DNA from: Burkholderiaceae bacterium
Lineage (GTDB): Bacteria > Pseudomonadota > Gammaproteobacteria > Burkholderiales > Burkholderiaceae_C
DNA length: 64,000 nt
NCBI GenBank assembly: GCA_019751915.1
Contig: JAIEMS010000012.1
Span: forward strand, 59,582 to 123,581
Direction of reading: 5' to 3'
In this document: positions 39,916 through 51,824 of the stretch, piece after piece
How positions within the stretch are numbered: position 1 is the stretch's first letter
Layout of the letters: each line of letters opens with the position of its first letter
Program-made: the position numbers and the translations under genes
Notes under the pieces: generated by a model
Told to the model about the DNA's origin: nothing
Database searches by the model: none
The model's input: the letters and a program-made list of their open reading frames with translations, nothing else

Positions 39916-41316
39916 CTAGCGCGATTCGCGCTCACGCGTACGGCTACCATCGCGCGCACGGGCATCCGTCGAAAAAGTGGGAGCGGCGGCTGGCGTTGGT
40001 ACGGCAGGCGCTGCAATAGGTGCGGTGGCAGGAGTTTCAGGCCCAGTCAATGGCACCCCTCCGGTCTGCAAAATTTTGTCCAATGGCAAATAGAGCAAAT
40101 TAGAGCCTTGGCGGGAATCAACCATCACCTTGGTAACACTGGTGTAGATTTGCTGCATAGACTCTAAGTACATGCGGTCGCGTGTCACTTGCGGAGCCTT
40201 CTGGTATTCAACCAGCACCGAACTAAAGCGCTGGGCATCGCCTTCGGCCTGCGCCACAATACGGGCTTTATAAGCATCCGCTTCTTCCTTAAGACGCGAA
40301 GCAGAGCCAACAGCACGCGGAATCACATCGTTGGCGTACGCTTGGGCTTCGTTTTTGGCACGCTCACGTTCTTGACCAGCTTTGAGAACGTCATCAAATG
40401 CAGCTTGGACTTGCTCGGGGGGTCGCACACCGCCCTGTTGCAAGTTAATACCGACCACTTCGACCCCTACTTTATAGCGGTCCAGAATCGTTTGCATCAA
40501 TGCCCGAACGCGGGGCGCTATTTGATCGCGCTCCTCAGCCAATGCGGTATCCATCCGCATCTTTCCAACCACCTCCCTGACAGCGGTTTCGGCGGCTTGC
40601 ACCACAGCATCAGCAGGATTTTTACTCTCAAAAAGCCATGCCCTCGCATCGCTTAGGCGATATTGAACAGCAAATTTGATTTCAACGATGTTTTCATCTT
40701 CAGTCAGCATAGCTGACTCACGCAATCCAGTGGATTTGATGATGGTATCGCGCCCTACATCGGCCGAACGAATTTGTGTGGCAAACACCAATTCATGGCG
40801 CTGAATCGGATAGGGTAACCGCCAGTTAAAACCAGCGCCAACACTGCTTTGGTATTTACCAAACTGCGTGATCACAGCTTGTTGCCCTTCTTGGACAATA
40901 AAGAACCCCGTACCTAACCAAATCAGCACTGCAATGGCAGCAATCAGGCCGACACCAAAACCTGCATTTTTCATATCAGGTTGAAATCCACCATCGCCGT
41001 GGGAGTTACCACCACCATTTTTGGTACCAAACAGTCCGACCAACTTGCGATTAAGGTCACGCCACAACTCATCTAAATCAGGGGGCTGCCCCCCAGCAGG
41101 CCCTGTGTCGCGCCCACGTTGCCCTGAGGGTGATTGAGGTGGTCTGTCAGCTTCAGGTGGCTTGTCATCAGAAGACTTTGCGTCACCGCGTCCCCAACGG
41201 GGGTCATTCAGGTTAAACATCTCACGCATACGCTCTGGTAACAGCCCCCAGCGGCGGGCGCGATGTGGTTGATTCATGCGAAAAATCTCTGCTTCTGATT
41301 TAGTTTGGGATGACAT
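39916..41316 (-). CDS. hflK: FtsH protease activity modulator HflK
   Basis: SPFH domain with a Gly/Pro-rich N-terminus (MFNLNDPRWGRG...). The true start may be an internal Met (MNQP.. or MREMFNLND..). Confidence 0.9.
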   Translation of the reverse strand: MSSQTKSEAEIFRMNQPHRARRWGLLPERMREMFNLNDPRWGRGDAKSSDDKPPEADRPPQSPSGQRGRDTGPAGGQPPDLDELWRDLNRKLVGLFGTKNGGGNSHGDGGFQPDMKNAGFGVGLIAAIAVLIWLGTGFFIVQEGQQAVITQFGKYQSSVGAGFNWRLPYPIQRHELVFATQIRSADVGRDTIIKSTGLRESAMLTEDENIVEIKFAVQYRLSDARAWLFESKNPADAVVQAAETAVREVVGKMRMDTALAEERDQIAPRVRALMQTILDRYKVGVEVVGINLQQGGVRPPEQVQAAFDDVLKAGQERERAKNEAQAYANDVIPRAVGSASRLKEEADAYKARIVAQAEGDAQRFSSVLVEYQKAPQVTRDRMYLESMQQIYTSVTKVMVDSRQGSNLLYLPLDKILQTGGVPLTGPETPATAPIAAPAVPTPAAAPTFSTDARARDGSRTRERESR

Positions 41317-41325
41317 TGTGCCTAA

Positions 41326-42504
41326 TCAGGCTTGGTCGTCATCAAATTCGGTAGTGACTACAGGGTGAGCATGCGACTGCTGTGAAGACAAAACGACAAC
41401 ACCCAATTGCTGACGCAGCGCCGCAAGTCCTTCCATTGCTTTGGCACTGACAAAGAAACGCGGCACAGGATTGCCGTCAATTTCATAGGTATCTTGCAGC
41501 TGCGTTGGTCGTTGTTCAGGAGCTATGGCATCAAGCTTATTAAACACAAGAAGCTGTGGCACGCTCGAAGCACCAATTTCGGCTAAAACCTTCTGAACCT
41601 GCACCATTTGCTCCGGAAAATTTGGATTAGACGCATCCACAACGTGCAACAACAAATCTGCATCTACCGCTTCTTGCAACGTGGCCTGAAAAGCATCTAC
41701 CAAACCATGCGGTAGCTCACGAATAAAACCAACTGTGTCTGACAGTGATACTGACCGCCCTGCCTCACCCAGATACAACTGGCGTGTTGTCGTATCTAAC
41801 GTGGCAAAAAGTTGATCTGCCGCATAAGCTTTGGCTTTGACCAACGCATTGAAAAGCGTTGATTTTCCAGCATTGGTATAACCCACCAACGAAATGTTGA
41901 AGGTATCGCGGCGCTCACGTTGGCGGCGCTGGGTTGAACGTTGGCGCTTGACCTTTAGCAAGCGCTCTTGGGTACGCTTGATAGATTCACCAATCATTCG
42001 GCGATCAAGTTCAATTTGTGCCTCACCTGGCCCACCACGGGCACCAATGCCCCCGCGCTGACGCTCCAAATGAGACCATCGCCGCACCAGTCGCGTGCTC
42101 AAATATTGCAAACGGGCCAATTCAACCTGAAGTTTTCCCTCGTGGCTGCGCGCACGCTGGGCAAAAATTTCCAAAATCAAAAGAGTTCGGTCATTGACAG
42201 CAAGACCCAAGTGGCGTTCTAAATTTCTCTGCTGCGCTGGGCTGAGTGCTTGATCAAAGAGCACCTCCGTGGCGCCATGCATCTGTGCTAACAAGCGCAG
42301 TTCATCGGCCTTGCCGCTACCAACAAACAGAGCCGCATCGGGAGCCTTACGCTTGCAAGTAAGCCGTGCAACCGGCTTCATGCCTGCTGTTTCAGCCAGC
42401 AAACCAAGCTCTTCAAGCTCTGTATCAAAATGGGGCAAACCGAAGTCGACCCCGACAAGCAAGACGCGAGCGTAATCCGCAGCGGTGGTATGAATTGAGC
42501 TCAA
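41326..42504 (-). CDS. hflX: GTPase HflX
   Basis: 392 aa with VGYTNAGKSTLFNAL (G1), DTVGFI (G3) and NKLD (G4). Confidence 0.95.
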   Translation of the reverse strand: MSSIHTTAADYARVLLVGVDFGLPHFDTELEELGLLAETAGMKPVARLTCKRKAPDAALFVGSGKADELRLLAQMHGATEVLFDQALSPAQQRNLERHLGLAVNDRTLLILEIFAQRARSHEGKLQVELARLQYLSTRLVRRWSHLERQRGGIGARGGPGEAQIELDRRMIGESIKRTQERLLKVKRQRSTQRRQRERRDTFNISLVGYTNAGKSTLFNALVKAKAYAADQLFATLDTTTRQLYLGEAGRSVSLSDTVGFIRELPHGLVDAFQATLQEAVDADLLLHVVDASNPNFPEQMVQVQKVLAEIGASSVPQLLVFNKLDAIAPEQRPTQLQDTYEIDGNPVPRFFVSAKAMEGLAALRQQLGVVVLSSQQSHAHPVVTTEFDDDQA

Positions 42505-42566
42505 ATCAGCAAACTAGAGTTTTCAGTAGTGAGAAGCGTACCGCCCAGCACCGGAGTATTTTGCGT

Positions 42567-42821
42567 TTACGCACTCACCACTTCAGATCCGGTAGATTCT
42601 GCCGTAGAAAAACTAACGGCACGCCCGGGGACGATCGTGGAGATAGCATGCTTGTAAACCATCTGGGTCACTGTATTGCGCAGCAGCACAACATACTGAT
42701 CGAAAGACTCAATCTGCCCCTGCAACTTGATGCCATTCACAAGATAGATCGAAACTGGAACATGCTCCCGACGCAAGGCATTCAGGAAGGGGTCTTGAAG
42801 AAGTTGACTTTTATTGCTCAC
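42567..42821 (-). CDS. hfq: RNA chaperone Hfq
   Basis: (V)[67 protein letters not shown] at 42821 with GGAG 6 nt upstream. The ORF-track start 42869 is rejected. Confidence 0.95.
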   Translation of the reverse strand: MSNKSQLLQDPFLNALRREHVPVSIYLVNGIKLQGQIESFDQYVVLLRNTVTQMVYKHAISTIVPGRAVSFSTAESTGSEVVSA

Positions 42822-42935
42822 GATATTCTCCGTGTTCAAAAATGTTGTTGTAAAACCGCACCTTACCACAGCAAGCAGGCTGTCCTAAGCCTGTGGGCAT
42901 TTCACCCCCTTGGCTCTGTAGACATCGTTCGCAGA

Positions 42936-44276
42936 TCAGTTGTCAGCCTTTTCCGCAAAGGGATTGTGTGAAGTCTTCATCTCAATACGCAGCGGCGTAC
43001 CGACCAAATTGAACTCCTTGCGAAACCGACCTTCCAGAAATCGCTTGTAAGCATCAGTGACATGTTCCAGCGAATTACCATGCACCACGATCACTGGTGG
43101 ATTCATCCCACCTTGATGGGCATAGCGCAATTTAGGTCGGAACATACCAGCCCGTTTAGGACTTTGAAACTGGACTGCTTCTAGCAAAAGACGTGTCAAT
43201 ACGGGCGTTGACATCTTGCATGTAGCCGCTTTATGCGCTTGGGTAATAGCAGCCCAAACAGGGCCAAGTCCCTGCCTTTTTGTGGCAGAAATAAAGTGCA
43301 GCGAAGCAAACTTGAGAAAGGTCAAACGTGTTTCGATGGATCGCTCCAGCAATTGGCGCTGGTAGTCATCAATGGCATCCCACTTGTTCACCGCCACAAC
43401 TACGGCCCTGCCACTCTCCAAAATATACCCAGCAATGTGAGCATCTTGATCAGTCACACCTTGGGTTGCGTCCAGCAGCAGCAAAACGACGTTCGCCGAC
43501 TCAATCGCTTGGAGGGTTTTAACCACTGAGAACTTCTCGATGGCCTCAAAAACCTTGCCCTTGCGGCGCAAACCGGCAGTGTCGATGAGTTCAAAGCGTT
43601 GTCCGTTACGCTCGAAAGGTACCGAAATGGCATCGCGGGTCGTGCCGGGCAAATCAAAAGCGACCAAGCGCTCCTCGCCCAACCACGCATTGATTAAGGT
43701 TGATTTACCTACATTGGGCCGGCCAGCTACAGCCAACTTGATGACGTTTTTATCCTCTTCCAGCGCTTCGTCTGGATCAGGCAAATGCAAAGGCTCGAGC
43801 ACCAACTCGACCAAGCTGCGAATGCCTTGTCCGTGGGCAGCCGAAATAGCATAGACCTCACCCAATCCAAGCTCATAGAACTCAGACAGTTGTACGCCTT
43901 CGCGCATACCTTCTGCCTTATTAGCAGCCAATACACAAGGTTTGCCAAGGCGCCGTAGGTAGCGGGCAATATCGTGATCCTGCCCTGACAAACCTGCGCG
44001 AGCGTCAACCACAAAAACAACCACATCGGCTTCGGCCACAGCTTGCTGTGTTTGGCGTGCCATTTCACGGTAAATGCCACTAGAAGCGTCAGGCTCAAAT
44101 CCACCTGTATCAATGACGATGTATTCGTGTTTTCCTTGCTTGCCGGTGCCGTAATGGCGGTCGCGCGTCAATCCTGCAAAATCTGCAACGATAGCGTCTC
44201 TCGACTTCGTCATGCGGTTAAAAAGCGTCGATTTACCGACGTTAGGGCGCCCCACCAAGGCGATCACTGGTTTCAT
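42936..44276 (-). CDS. der: Ribosome biogenesis GTPase Der (EngA)
   Basis: 446 aa with two GTPase domains ([12 protein letters not shown] and [12 protein letters not shown]) plus a KH-like C-terminus. Confidence 0.96.
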   Translation of the reverse strand: MKPVIALVGRPNVGKSTLFNRMTKSRDAIVADFAGLTRDRHYGTGKQGKHEYIVIDTGGFEPDASSGIYREMARQTQQAVAEADVVVFVVDARAGLSGQDHDIARYLRRLGKPCVLAANKAEGMREGVQLSEFYELGLGEVYAISAAHGQGIRSLVELVLEPLHLPDPDEALEEDKNVIKLAVAGRPNVGKSTLINAWLGEERLVAFDLPGTTRDAISVPFERNGQRFELIDTAGLRRKGKVFEAIEKFSVVKTLQAIESANVVLLLLDATQGVTDQDAHIAGYILESGRAVVVAVNKWDAIDDYQRQLLERSIETRLTFLKFASLHFISATKRQGLGPVWAAITQAHKAATCKMSTPVLTRLLLEAVQFQSPKRAGMFRPKLRYAHQGGMNPPVIVVHGNSLEHVTDAYKRFLEGRFRKEFNLVGTPLRIEMKTSHNPFAEKADN

Positions 44277-44292
44277 TGCTTATTACTTTTCA

Positions 44293-45462
44293 TCAGTCTG
44301 GGCGAAAGCCATAGACATTTCCGGCACGGGTTACTGCCACCAACGTATCCGCAGCGACCACAGGCGCTACAGATATGCCAGAACCATCAGTGGCCAATCG
44401 ATTCAAGAGTGAACCATCTTCACGGGAGAGAAAATAGATCCACCCCGCGTCATCTCCTACCACTACAGAGCGGCCTAACAGCAGCGGTGCAGTTAGTTTT
44501 CGGTACTGTAACTTATCGGTTGTCCATGCGCGCTTGCCATCGGCCCGACCCCAAGCAGAGACCGTGCCGTTACTTTCCGTGGCATAGACAAATTTTCCAT
44601 CGCCATCCACACCTTCGGCACCATGGGATTTTTGTGCCCAAGACAAGGCCCCACGAGAGGCATCGACACACCCCACCACCGATTGGAAGGCACGCACACA
44701 AACACTTTCACCGACTCGGCTAACGTGCCCAATCAGCTCAACCAAGCGCTCCACGTCGTTAGTACCCCGTGCATTGGACACTGAAACCTCCCAACGCGTC
44801 GTCCCATTATCAGGATTGAATCCAATCAATTTTCCGGAAATTCCAACGACCAACGTATTACCCAGTGCCACCAGTACGCCGGACTGACGCAATACCAACG
44901 GCTCACCAGGTCTTTGCTGTGCCCATAAACGTTGTCCGGTTTTGGCATCGAATGCGATGACACTTCGGTCGGCGGTCAAAACAAAAATCCGCCCACCAGC
45001 GACCAACGGGGCGGTGTAGGCAGGAGCATTCAGACGCTGACGCCACTGCTCGCGCCCCGCATCCAGCACAATCAATTCATTATTACGAGAAACGATAGAG
45101 GTCAAACTCCCATCGCTCCCAACCCCAGCCCCTAATGGTTCCTTGAGATTTGTACGCCACAAATCTGTACCAGTTTTGGTGTTGATAGCGGCGACCACGC
45201 CGTCGGCAGAAGCCAGTGTCGCTGTGCTTGCGTGGACATCGATACTTAACGGGGTACCGGAAGTGGCACCTAGCTTTGCTGTCCACGCTTGCCGAACACC
45301 CAAAACAGCTACATTGGCCCCCAAATCTTGGGGCTTTGGCTTAGTCTCTCCCCCCCAGATGGAGCAACCACCCAGAGCAGTGACTACAGCCAAAATCCCC
45401 AGTGCACGGGGCCAATGAAAGCGCGACTGCGGCACAACTTTATCAACAGACAAGCGACTCAT
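44293..45462 (-). CDS. bamB: Outer membrane protein assembly factor BamB
   Basis: 389 aa with a lipobox (LGGCS) and PQQ-like beta-propeller repeats. It lies between yfgM and der. Confidence 0.9.
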   Translation of the reverse strand: MSRLSVDKVVPQSRFHWPRALGILAVVTALGGCSIWGGETKPKPQDLGANVAVLGVRQAWTAKLGATSGTPLSIDVHASTATLASADGVVAAINTKTGTDLWRTNLKEPLGAGVGSDGSLTSIVSRNNELIVLDAGREQWRQRLNAPAYTAPLVAGGRIFVLTADRSVIAFDAKTGQRLWAQQRPGEPLVLRQSGVLVALGNTLVVGISGKLIGFNPDNGTTRWEVSVSNARGTNDVERLVELIGHVSRVGESVCVRAFQSVVGCVDASRGALSWAQKSHGAEGVDGDGKFVYATESNGTVSAWGRADGKRAWTTDKLQYRKLTAPLLLGRSVVVGDDAGWIYFLSREDGSLLNRLATDGSGISVAPVVAADTLVAVTRAGNVYGFRPD

Positions 45463-46148
45463 CGCACAGCCCCCGTTGTACTGCCAGCACCGGCAACCAG
45501 CGTCACTGGAAGCTTGATGCCCAAGGCATTGAGTTTGAATTCAACCAAGCGGCGGTATTCAGCACCCTCAGAAAAGCCACTGTAGGCACGCTCATATTCG
45601 GCGATAGCCTCTTGTTTTTTACCTTGCAAGAACTTCACATCGCCCTTTCGGTCTGACACAACAGCCTGAAACTCGGCAGGAAATGGCACAGAAAGCTGCT
45701 TCAAAGCCTCGTCATAAGCCTCTTTCTCCATCAAAATCCCCACCAGACGCAAGAGCGATGTAGCCTTGTAGCCATCATCAACCGCATTCTCTCCCACCCA
45801 TGAGAGGGCCGATTTAGAGTTATCGGTGCGGCCCTGCTCATGCTCGGTTTTAGCGACCAGCAGCCCGGCTTGTGCAGCTTGGATCGTGCCAGCATACTTG
45901 CTCTTGATATCTGAAAAAGCTTGCTCCATCCGTGATTGATCGCCCGACCGCGCAGCCACCTCAATAGCCTCCAACAACGCAGCGGCTTGAAATGCCTGAC
46001 GATTTTGCCAGTATTGGTAACCATTCCAAGCTGCCAGAGCACCAAACACCAACACCAAAGCGGCACTGATCAACGTGCCCCAGGTATTCCAGAAATGCTT
46101 GAGCTGATCAAGCTGCTCTTGTTCTTCAAGATCGAGATGGTTTGCCAT
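45459..46148 (-). CDS. YfgM-like tetratricopeptide membrane protein
   Basis: 229 aa, starting ...EEQEQLDQLKHFWNTWG, then a TM and a TPR-like periplasmic part. A 4-nt overlap (ATGA) with bamB. Confidence 0.85.
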   Translation of the reverse strand: MANHLDLEEQEQLDQLKHFWNTWGTLISAALVLVFGALAAWNGYQYWQNRQAFQAAALLEAIEVAARSGDQSRMEQAFSDIKSKYAGTIQAAQAGLLVAKTEHEQGRTDNSKSALSWVGENAVDDGYKATSLLRLVGILMEKEAYDEALKQLSVPFPAEFQAVVSDRKGDVKFLQGKKQEAIAEYERAYSGFSEGAEYRRLVEFKLNALGIKLPVTLVAGAGSTTGAVR

Positions 46149-46163
46149 GGCTTGCGTTGTAAA

Positions 46164-47489
46164 TTAACGGATAGATTGTAGGGTCGGTGCCCAAGCAGCC
46201 GCTGTAGCCAGAAGCTGCTCTGTTTGCTGTTCATTTTTGTCACGCAGCGCTTTGACAGTGACGCAACCACGAGACAACTCATCTTCTCCAAAAACAAGGG
46301 CGTAACGAGCACCGCTAGAGTCGGCTTTTTTGAATTGTGACTTCATACTGCCCATACCCTCACCCGATACCGTAGGGCTGTGCATTTGCACCGAAATACC
46401 TAAAACACGCAGTTGCTGCAGCAGCGTCATCGCTGTCGGCAAGCTGTTGGCATTCGGAACCACGGCATAAACATCTGGAGTGCAAGATGGAACCGCTGAT
46501 CCTTGCTCCTTCAAAAGTTCTAACACACGCTCCACCCCCAGTGCCCATCCAACGGCTGGTGCAGGTTTACCGCCGATTTGTTCTACCAAATAATCGTAGC
46601 GCCCACCACCGCAAATCGTCCCCTGTGAGCCAAGACGATCTGTCACGAACTCGAATACGGTCAAGTTATAGTAGTCCATTCCCCGCACCAAGCGAGGATT
46701 GAGACTCCACGCCACACCAGCAGCATCGAGAATCGATTGCACTGTTTTGAAATGTGCCAAAGAGGACTCACCCAAAAAATCAATCAAACGTGGTGCCGAC
46801 TCGACTACCGCTTGCATAGCAGGGTTCTTAGTGTCCAAAATACGCAAAGGATTGCTGTGAAGACGCCGACGTGCCTCTTCATCCAGTACATCGACATTGC
46901 GCTCAAAGTGGGCGATCAAGGCTGCTCTATGGGCCTTACGCTCCTCAGGTTGCCCTAGGCTGTTCAGTTCTAGACGAACTCCCTCTAGGCCCAATTCCTT
47001 CCATAAGGCATCGGCCAACAAAATAAGTTCAGCATCCGCTTCAGCCCCGGGAAAGCCCAGTGCCTCAGCCCCAATTTGATGAAACTGACGATAACGACCA
47101 CGCTGTGGTCGTTCATGGCGAAACATAGGCCCCATGTAATACAAACGCTTGCCACCATCGTAAAGCATCGAGTGCTCGACTACCGCTCGCACAACGCCTG
47201 CTGTACTCTCTGGCCGCAAGGTCAATTGCTCACCGTTGAGACGATCCTCAAACGAGTACATCTCCTTTTCGACAATGTCCGTGACCTCACCGAGTCCACG
47301 CACAAACAAGGCCGTTGGCTCCACAATTGGAGTGCGAATATTGCGGTACGCGTAACGCTCCATCAACATCCGAACCTTGCCTTCTAGCCACTCCCAGTGT
47401 GCTGAATGTGGCGGCAGAATATCGTTCATTCCCTTGACTGCGCTGATTTTTTCAGTTTTAGGGGAAGCAGGGGTCTTTGCAGTGTTCAC
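46164..47489 (-). CDS. hisS: Histidine--tRNA ligase
   Basis: Contains [11 protein letters not shown]...[11 protein letters not shown]...GGGRYD. The start is uncertain: GTG 47489 gives 441 aa, and ATG 47597 is the ORF maximum (477 aa). The intervening 108 nt contains perfect hairpins. Confidence 0.9.
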   Translation of the reverse strand: MNTAKTPASPKTEKISAVKGMNDILPPHSAHWEWLEGKVRMLMERYAYRNIRTPIVEPTALFVRGLGEVTDIVEKEMYSFEDRLNGEQLTLRPESTAGVVRAVVEHSMLYDGGKRLYYMGPMFRHERPQRGRYRQFHQIGAEALGFPGAEADAELILLADALWKELGLEGVRLELNSLGQPEERKAHRAALIAHFERNVDVLDEEARRRLHSNPLRILDTKNPAMQAVVESAPRLIDFLGESSLAHFKTVQSILDAAGVAWSLNPRLVRGMDYYNLTVFEFVTDRLGSQGTICGGGRYDYLVEQIGGKPAPAVGWALGVERVLELLKEQGSAVPSCTPDVYAVVPNANSLPTAMTLLQQLRVLGISVQMHSPTVSGEGMGSMKSQFKKADSSGARYALVFGEDELSRGCVTVKALRDKNEQQTEQLLATAAAWAPTLQSIR

Positions 47490-47632
47490 AGCAATATTTT
47501 TCGAAAATCTGGATTGATCCTGAATGGATGCAAATTCTTGGTGTGGAAGGCCATTACAAATGGCCCGTAATGGCACCTGTGCGATGCCAGTATGCATGAC
47601 TGCACATAATGTGCAGAGATTTGAATCAAAAA

Positions 47633-48922
47633 CTACGGCAAGAATGCAGGGCTATTAGTCCCAAAGCGCTTGTGTACGTAATTTTCAACAATCTGATGAA
47701 ATTCTCCGACAATGTTATCTCCACGCAGCGTCATGACTTTCTCGCCATCGATGAAAACGGGGGCTGCAGGGGCCTCTCCGGTGCCCGGCAAACTAATGCC
47801 AATATCGGCATGCTTGCTCTCTCCGGGGCCATTAACAATACACCCCATCACGGCGACTTTGAGTGTTTCTACCCTTGGGTAGGATGTGCGCCACACCGGC
47901 ATTTTCTCACGAAGATAATCGTCAATTTGTTTTGCTAATTCTTGGAATGTCGTGCTTGTCGTGCGTCCACAACCAGGGCAAGCCGTGACACTGGGAACAA
48001 ATAAACGCAAACCTAAAGCTTGCAAAATTTCTGATGCAACCACCACTTCTTGATTCCGTGACTCCCCAGGTTGGGGTGTCAATGAAACACGGATAGTATC
48101 TCCGATGCCTTCTTGTAACAACACCGACAAAGCCACCGCAGAGCCAACAGTTCCTTTTGTTCCCATGCCTGCCTCAGTTAAACCAAGGTGCAATGCATAG
48201 TCACAACGAAGGGATAATTCCCGGTATACGGAGATCAAGTCCTGTACACCGCTCACCTTGCACGACAAAATAATCTGATTGCCATCTAACCCTATCGATT
48301 CAGCTAAACGCGCCGATTCAATCGCAGAAGTTATCAACGCCTCGTACATGACTTGGCGAGATGTCCAAGGCATCAGGCGCTGACTGTTTTCATCCATTAA
48401 CCGTGCCAGCAACTCCTGATCTAAACTCCCCCAATTGACCCCAATGCGCACGGGTTTATTCCAGCGAATAGCCGCTTCAATCATTTGCCCAAATTGGCGA
48501 TCACGTTTATCGCCCTTACCCACATTTCCCGGATTAATACGGTACTTTGACAGCGCTTGCGCACAGGCAGGATGATCTGTTAAGAGTCGATGACCGTTGT
48601 AATGAAAATCACCAATCAAAGGCACAACCACACCCATGCGGTCGAGTTGCTCTCGAACATAAGGCACAGCAGCCGCAGCTTCTGGGGTATTGACCGTAAT
48701 ACGCACCAATTCGGATCCAGCCAGTGCCAACTCTTTCACCTGTATGGCAGTCGCCACCGCATCTACGGTGTCTGTATTGGTCATGGATTGAATTCGCACT
48801 GGTGCATCACCACCGATGCCGACCACATTCGAACCCCATACAACCTGTGCCTGCCTTGTGCGACGCACTAAGGGGGCAGCCTCCGGTACGCAACGACTCA
48901 TCTGTGTAGCCAATGTTTCCAC
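47633..48922 (-). CDS. ispG: 4-hydroxy-3-methylbut-2-en-1-yl diphosphate synthase (flavodoxin)
   Basis: 429 aa with [17 protein letters not shown] and GCIVNGPGE. Confidence 0.95.
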   Translation of the reverse strand: METLATQMSRCVPEAAPLVRRTRQAQVVWGSNVVGIGGDAPVRIQSMTNTDTVDAVATAIQVKELALAGSELVRITVNTPEAAAAVPYVREQLDRMGVVVPLIGDFHYNGHRLLTDHPACAQALSKYRINPGNVGKGDKRDRQFGQMIEAAIRWNKPVRIGVNWGSLDQELLARLMDENSQRLMPWTSRQVMYEALITSAIESARLAESIGLDGNQIILSCKVSGVQDLISVYRELSLRCDYALHLGLTEAGMGTKGTVGSAVALSVLLQEGIGDTIRVSLTPQPGESRNQEVVVASEILQALGLRLFVPSVTACPGCGRTTSTTFQELAKQIDDYLREKMPVWRTSYPRVETLKVAVMGCIVNGPGESKHADIGISLPGTGEAPAAPVFIDGEKVMTLRGDNIVGEFHQIVENYVHKRFGTNSPAFLP

Positions 48923-49857
48923 TATTTCACCTCGAATCGGGCAACGTTTTCGCGAGATGCAGATACAACATCAAACAAAGCGCCCCTCACGTAAACATCT
49001 GTCACATCGGCCCGCCCCACCACCACAGACCAAGGCAAATTGCTGTTGCTGGGCACTGCAACACTCTCCCCAGCAGCCAACGTGCGCTGTAAAACCGTAG
49101 CGCCAGCAGCATCGCGAACCTTGACCCAAGATGAGCTGCGTGCCTTAAAAACCAAAGTTCCTGAAGGGATTGGAGCAGCGCTTGCACCAGACAAAGCTGC
49201 CACAGCGGGGGGCGTAGAAGCGGCTTTTTCCTTCACTGGTGCTGGAGTAGATGCAACTGCCTTGAGCGTTTGCGCCACAGGCGCCTGTACGACCTCAGTC
49301 CGATCAGGCGCTGGCGGGGTTGGCATAACGCTTTCCGCTCGAGATGGATTTTGTGATGCAACCACATCGGCAGGGGCGGATGGAGCACTGCCAACACCAG
49401 CACCCAACGAATCCTCTGGTGTGCGTGGTAAGAACACCAACACCAACGCACCCATCAGCAAAACTATGACAGCCCAAGCGGTCGGATTTTTTAAAGGAGA
49501 AGTATTGCGCCAAAAGGCACTGCGTCCGCCAAAATCACCACGAAATACCTCATTGATACCCCGATTATTTTGGGGCAAAGTGTATTTATTTCCATGCGGC
49601 ATCAAAGCGAGCACTGGGGCAGCGTCTATTTTTAAGGTACGGCATACGCTTGCAGCAAGTGCCCGTACAAAAATGGTGTCCGGAAAAACGTCAAAGTTAT
49701 CCGACTCCAGCGCTTGAAGTTTGCTGACCGATACTTTTAACGAAACCGCCAAAGCATCGATATGCAAGCCAGCCGCCTGACGCGCCGCACGTAAAAGTTC
49801 GCCGGGCGATCCAGTAGGGCCTCCAGCAGGTGTCAAAGGCACATCCTGTTCATTCAT
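48922..49857 (-). CDS. rodZ: RodZ-like helix-turn-helix cytoskeleton protein
   Basis: N-terminal HTH ([33 protein letters not shown]), a TM, a Pro/Ala-rich linker and a C-terminal DUF4115-like domain. I prefer ATG 49857, with a GGGGG run (AAAAGGGGG) 6 nt upstream; the ORF maximum is 49890. Confidence 0.85.
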   Translation of the reverse strand: MNEQDVPLTPAGGPTGSPGELLRAARQAAGLHIDALAVSLKVSVSKLQALESDNFDVFPDTIFVRALAASVCRTLKIDAAPVLALMPHGNKYTLPQNNRGINEVFRGDFGGRSAFWRNTSPLKNPTAWAVIVLLMGALVLVFLPRTPEDSLGAGVGSAPSAPADVVASQNPSRAESVMPTPPAPDRTEVVQAPVAQTLKAVASTPAPVKEKAASTPPAVAALSGASAAPIPSGTLVFKARSSSWVKVRDAAGATVLQRTLAAGESVAVPSNSNLPWSVVVGRADVTDVYVRGALFDVVSASRENVARFEVK

Positions 49858-50683
49858 CAAAAGCCCCCTTTTCATAAAGCGCCTGCTCATGGGAGTCAGG
49901 AAAGCGTTTACGCAACTGTTCTGCTAACTGTCGCATCGCCACTGTATTGCCAAGCGAGCGCTCAACTCTCACCCCCAACCACAGAGTCTCTGCATTGGAC
50001 ATATCACTATTGTTCAAGCGACGAATATAGAACTGCGCTCGCACCGACTCACCACGGCGAAATAACAAGACCGCCAAGTTGTAAGCCACCACTGGATTGC
50101 TGGCATCCAGCTCATAAGAGCGCAGTAACGTCTGCTCAGCGACCAGCTCTTGTCCTGCTCTGGCTTGGCAAAGCCCTTGTGCCATCAACGTTTTACTCCG
50201 AGCGGAGTACGTAGGACTTGCCAGCACCTGAACAAAGCTCTGATCGGCTTCAAGGTATCTTTTTTGCAGACACAATAACCAAGCGTGGTTGTGCAAAATA
50301 TTGGCATCTAGAGGACGCAAGCCCAGTGCCTTTCGAAAGCTCTCCTGCGCCTGTGAATAATCATTCAGCCGCATGTAAATCAGGCCCAGCAGATTGTAGG
50401 CATCGGCATAAGATGGATCGGTCACCAATGCCTGTTTTATTTCGTCGAGGGCAACGACGGTTTGACCTGATTCAAAGTAATTTGAGGCCAACTCCAATCG
50501 GATGCGTGCCCGCCGACGCACTTCTGTTTCTTCGGATGGCGACACCATCTCAGAGTCGGTGCTAGCGGGCATAGTCACACAACCAGACAAAGCACCAAGG
50601 GATAAAAGCACAACGCAAGACAGCAGCGCCCGCGCGCCCCAACGTCGCCATTGCGCCGCCACAGATGCCACCATGTCAAACAT
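49850..50683 (-). CDS. pilW: Type IV pilus biogenesis/stability TPR lipoprotein PilW
   Basis: Lipobox LSLGALSGC and TPR repeats, in the conserved rlmN-pilW-rodZ-ispG order. Candidate ATG starts are at 50710, 50683 and 50674. Confidence 0.85.
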   Translation of the reverse strand: MFDMVASVAAQWRRWGARALLSCVVLLSLGALSGCVTMPASTDSEMVSPSEETEVRRRARIRLELASNYFESGQTVVALDEIKQALVTDPSYADAYNLLGLIYMRLNDYSQAQESFRKALGLRPLDANILHNHAWLLCLQKRYLEADQSFVQVLASPTYSARSKTLMAQGLCQARAGQELVAEQTLLRSYELDASNPVVAYNLAVLLFRRGESVRAQFYIRRLNNSDMSNAETLWLGVRVERSLGNTVAMRQLAEQLRKRFPDSHEQALYEKGAFDE

Positions 50684-51824
50684 CCTTGGGTGGAGTGGGT
50701 GCGCAAGCATCAGGGGTCAGCATAATGGTTCGCCGCTTGGCCATACGCTCAGGTGCGCCCGTGCGATCTTGCACCTCACCGGCGAGTTGCCCACAAGCCG
50801 CATCGATATCGGCACCGCGGGTTTTGCGTACCGTGGTGACAATTCCTGCATCGCTCAGGAGTCTCGCAAATGCAACCACACTGCTTTGAGGCGAACGGTG
50901 CAGTCCTGATGCGGGGAAAGGGTTAAACGGAATCAAATTAAATTTACACCACGTACCAGAGTGTGCGTGGGAGCGCACCAAGGCAATCAATTGCTGGGCG
51001 TGTTCTGGCTGGTCATTGACGCCATCCAACATGCAATATTCAAACGTAATGAAATCGCGGGGCGCATGTTCTAAATAACGATTGCATGCGTCCATCAGCT
51101 CGTGCAAAGGGTATTTGCGATTGAGCGGAACCAGGTTATCGCGCAAAGCATCGTTGGGCGCGTGCAACGAAACGGCCAAAGCCACCGGACAATCTTGGGA
51201 CAAACGATCCATCATGGGAACCACGCCTGATGTAGAAACCGTGACCCGCCTGCGCGATAGCCCGTACCCGTGGTCGTCCAACATCGCCCGCAGCGCTGGC
51301 ACTAAAGCAGCGTAATTTTGCAGCGGTTCGCCCATGCCCATCATGACCACATTAGAGATCACACGGTCAGTGCTGCCCGTGCGTTGGCGCAACGTATGTT
51401 CAGCAAACCAGAGTTGGGCCAGTATTTCACCCGTTGTCAAATTGCGGCTGAACCCTTGATGCCCGGTCGAGCAGAAGCGGCACCCCACCGCACAACCAGC
51501 TTGCGATGAAACGCACAGCGTGCCCCGATCGTCTTCGGGGATAAAAACAGCCTCGACCGCGTTGCCTGCACCGACATCAAACAACCATTTGATGGTGCCA
51601 TCGGCAGACTGGTGTTCGCTAATGACAGGTAAGCCCGCAACATAGGCACAACCGGCCAGCTTGCTACGCAGTGACTTGGCTAAATCACTCATTTGTCCAA
51701 AATCGCTGGCACCGCGTTGGTGAATCCAGCGAAACAACTGGGTGGCGCGAAAGCGCTTTTCACCCAGCCGCTCACAAAAGACGGCCAAGCCATCGAGATC
51801 AAAATCGAGCAAGTTGGTCGTCAT
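50676..51824 (-). CDS. rlmN: 23S rRNA (adenine2503-C2)-methyltransferase / tRNA m2A37 methyltransferase
   Basis: 382 aa with the radical-SAM motif [18 protein letters not shown] and the C-terminal DIDAACGQL. Confidence 0.95.
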   Translation of the reverse strand: MTTNLLDFDLDGLAVFCERLGEKRFRATQLFRWIHQRGASDFGQMSDLAKSLRSKLAGCAYVAGLPVISEHQSADGTIKWLFDVGAGNAVEAVFIPEDDRGTLCVSSQAGCAVGCRFCSTGHQGFSRNLTTGEILAQLWFAEHTLRQRTGSTDRVISNVVMMGMGEPLQNYAALVPALRAMLDDHGYGLSRRRVTVSTSGVVPMMDRLSQDCPVALAVSLHAPNDALRDNLVPLNRKYPLHELMDACNRYLEHAPRDFITFEYCMLDGVNDQPEHAQQLIALVRSHAHSGTWCKFNLIPFNPFPASGLHRSPQSSVVAFARLLSDAGIVTTVRKTRGADIDAACGQLAGEVQDRTGAPERMAKRRTIMLTPDACAPTPPKDV

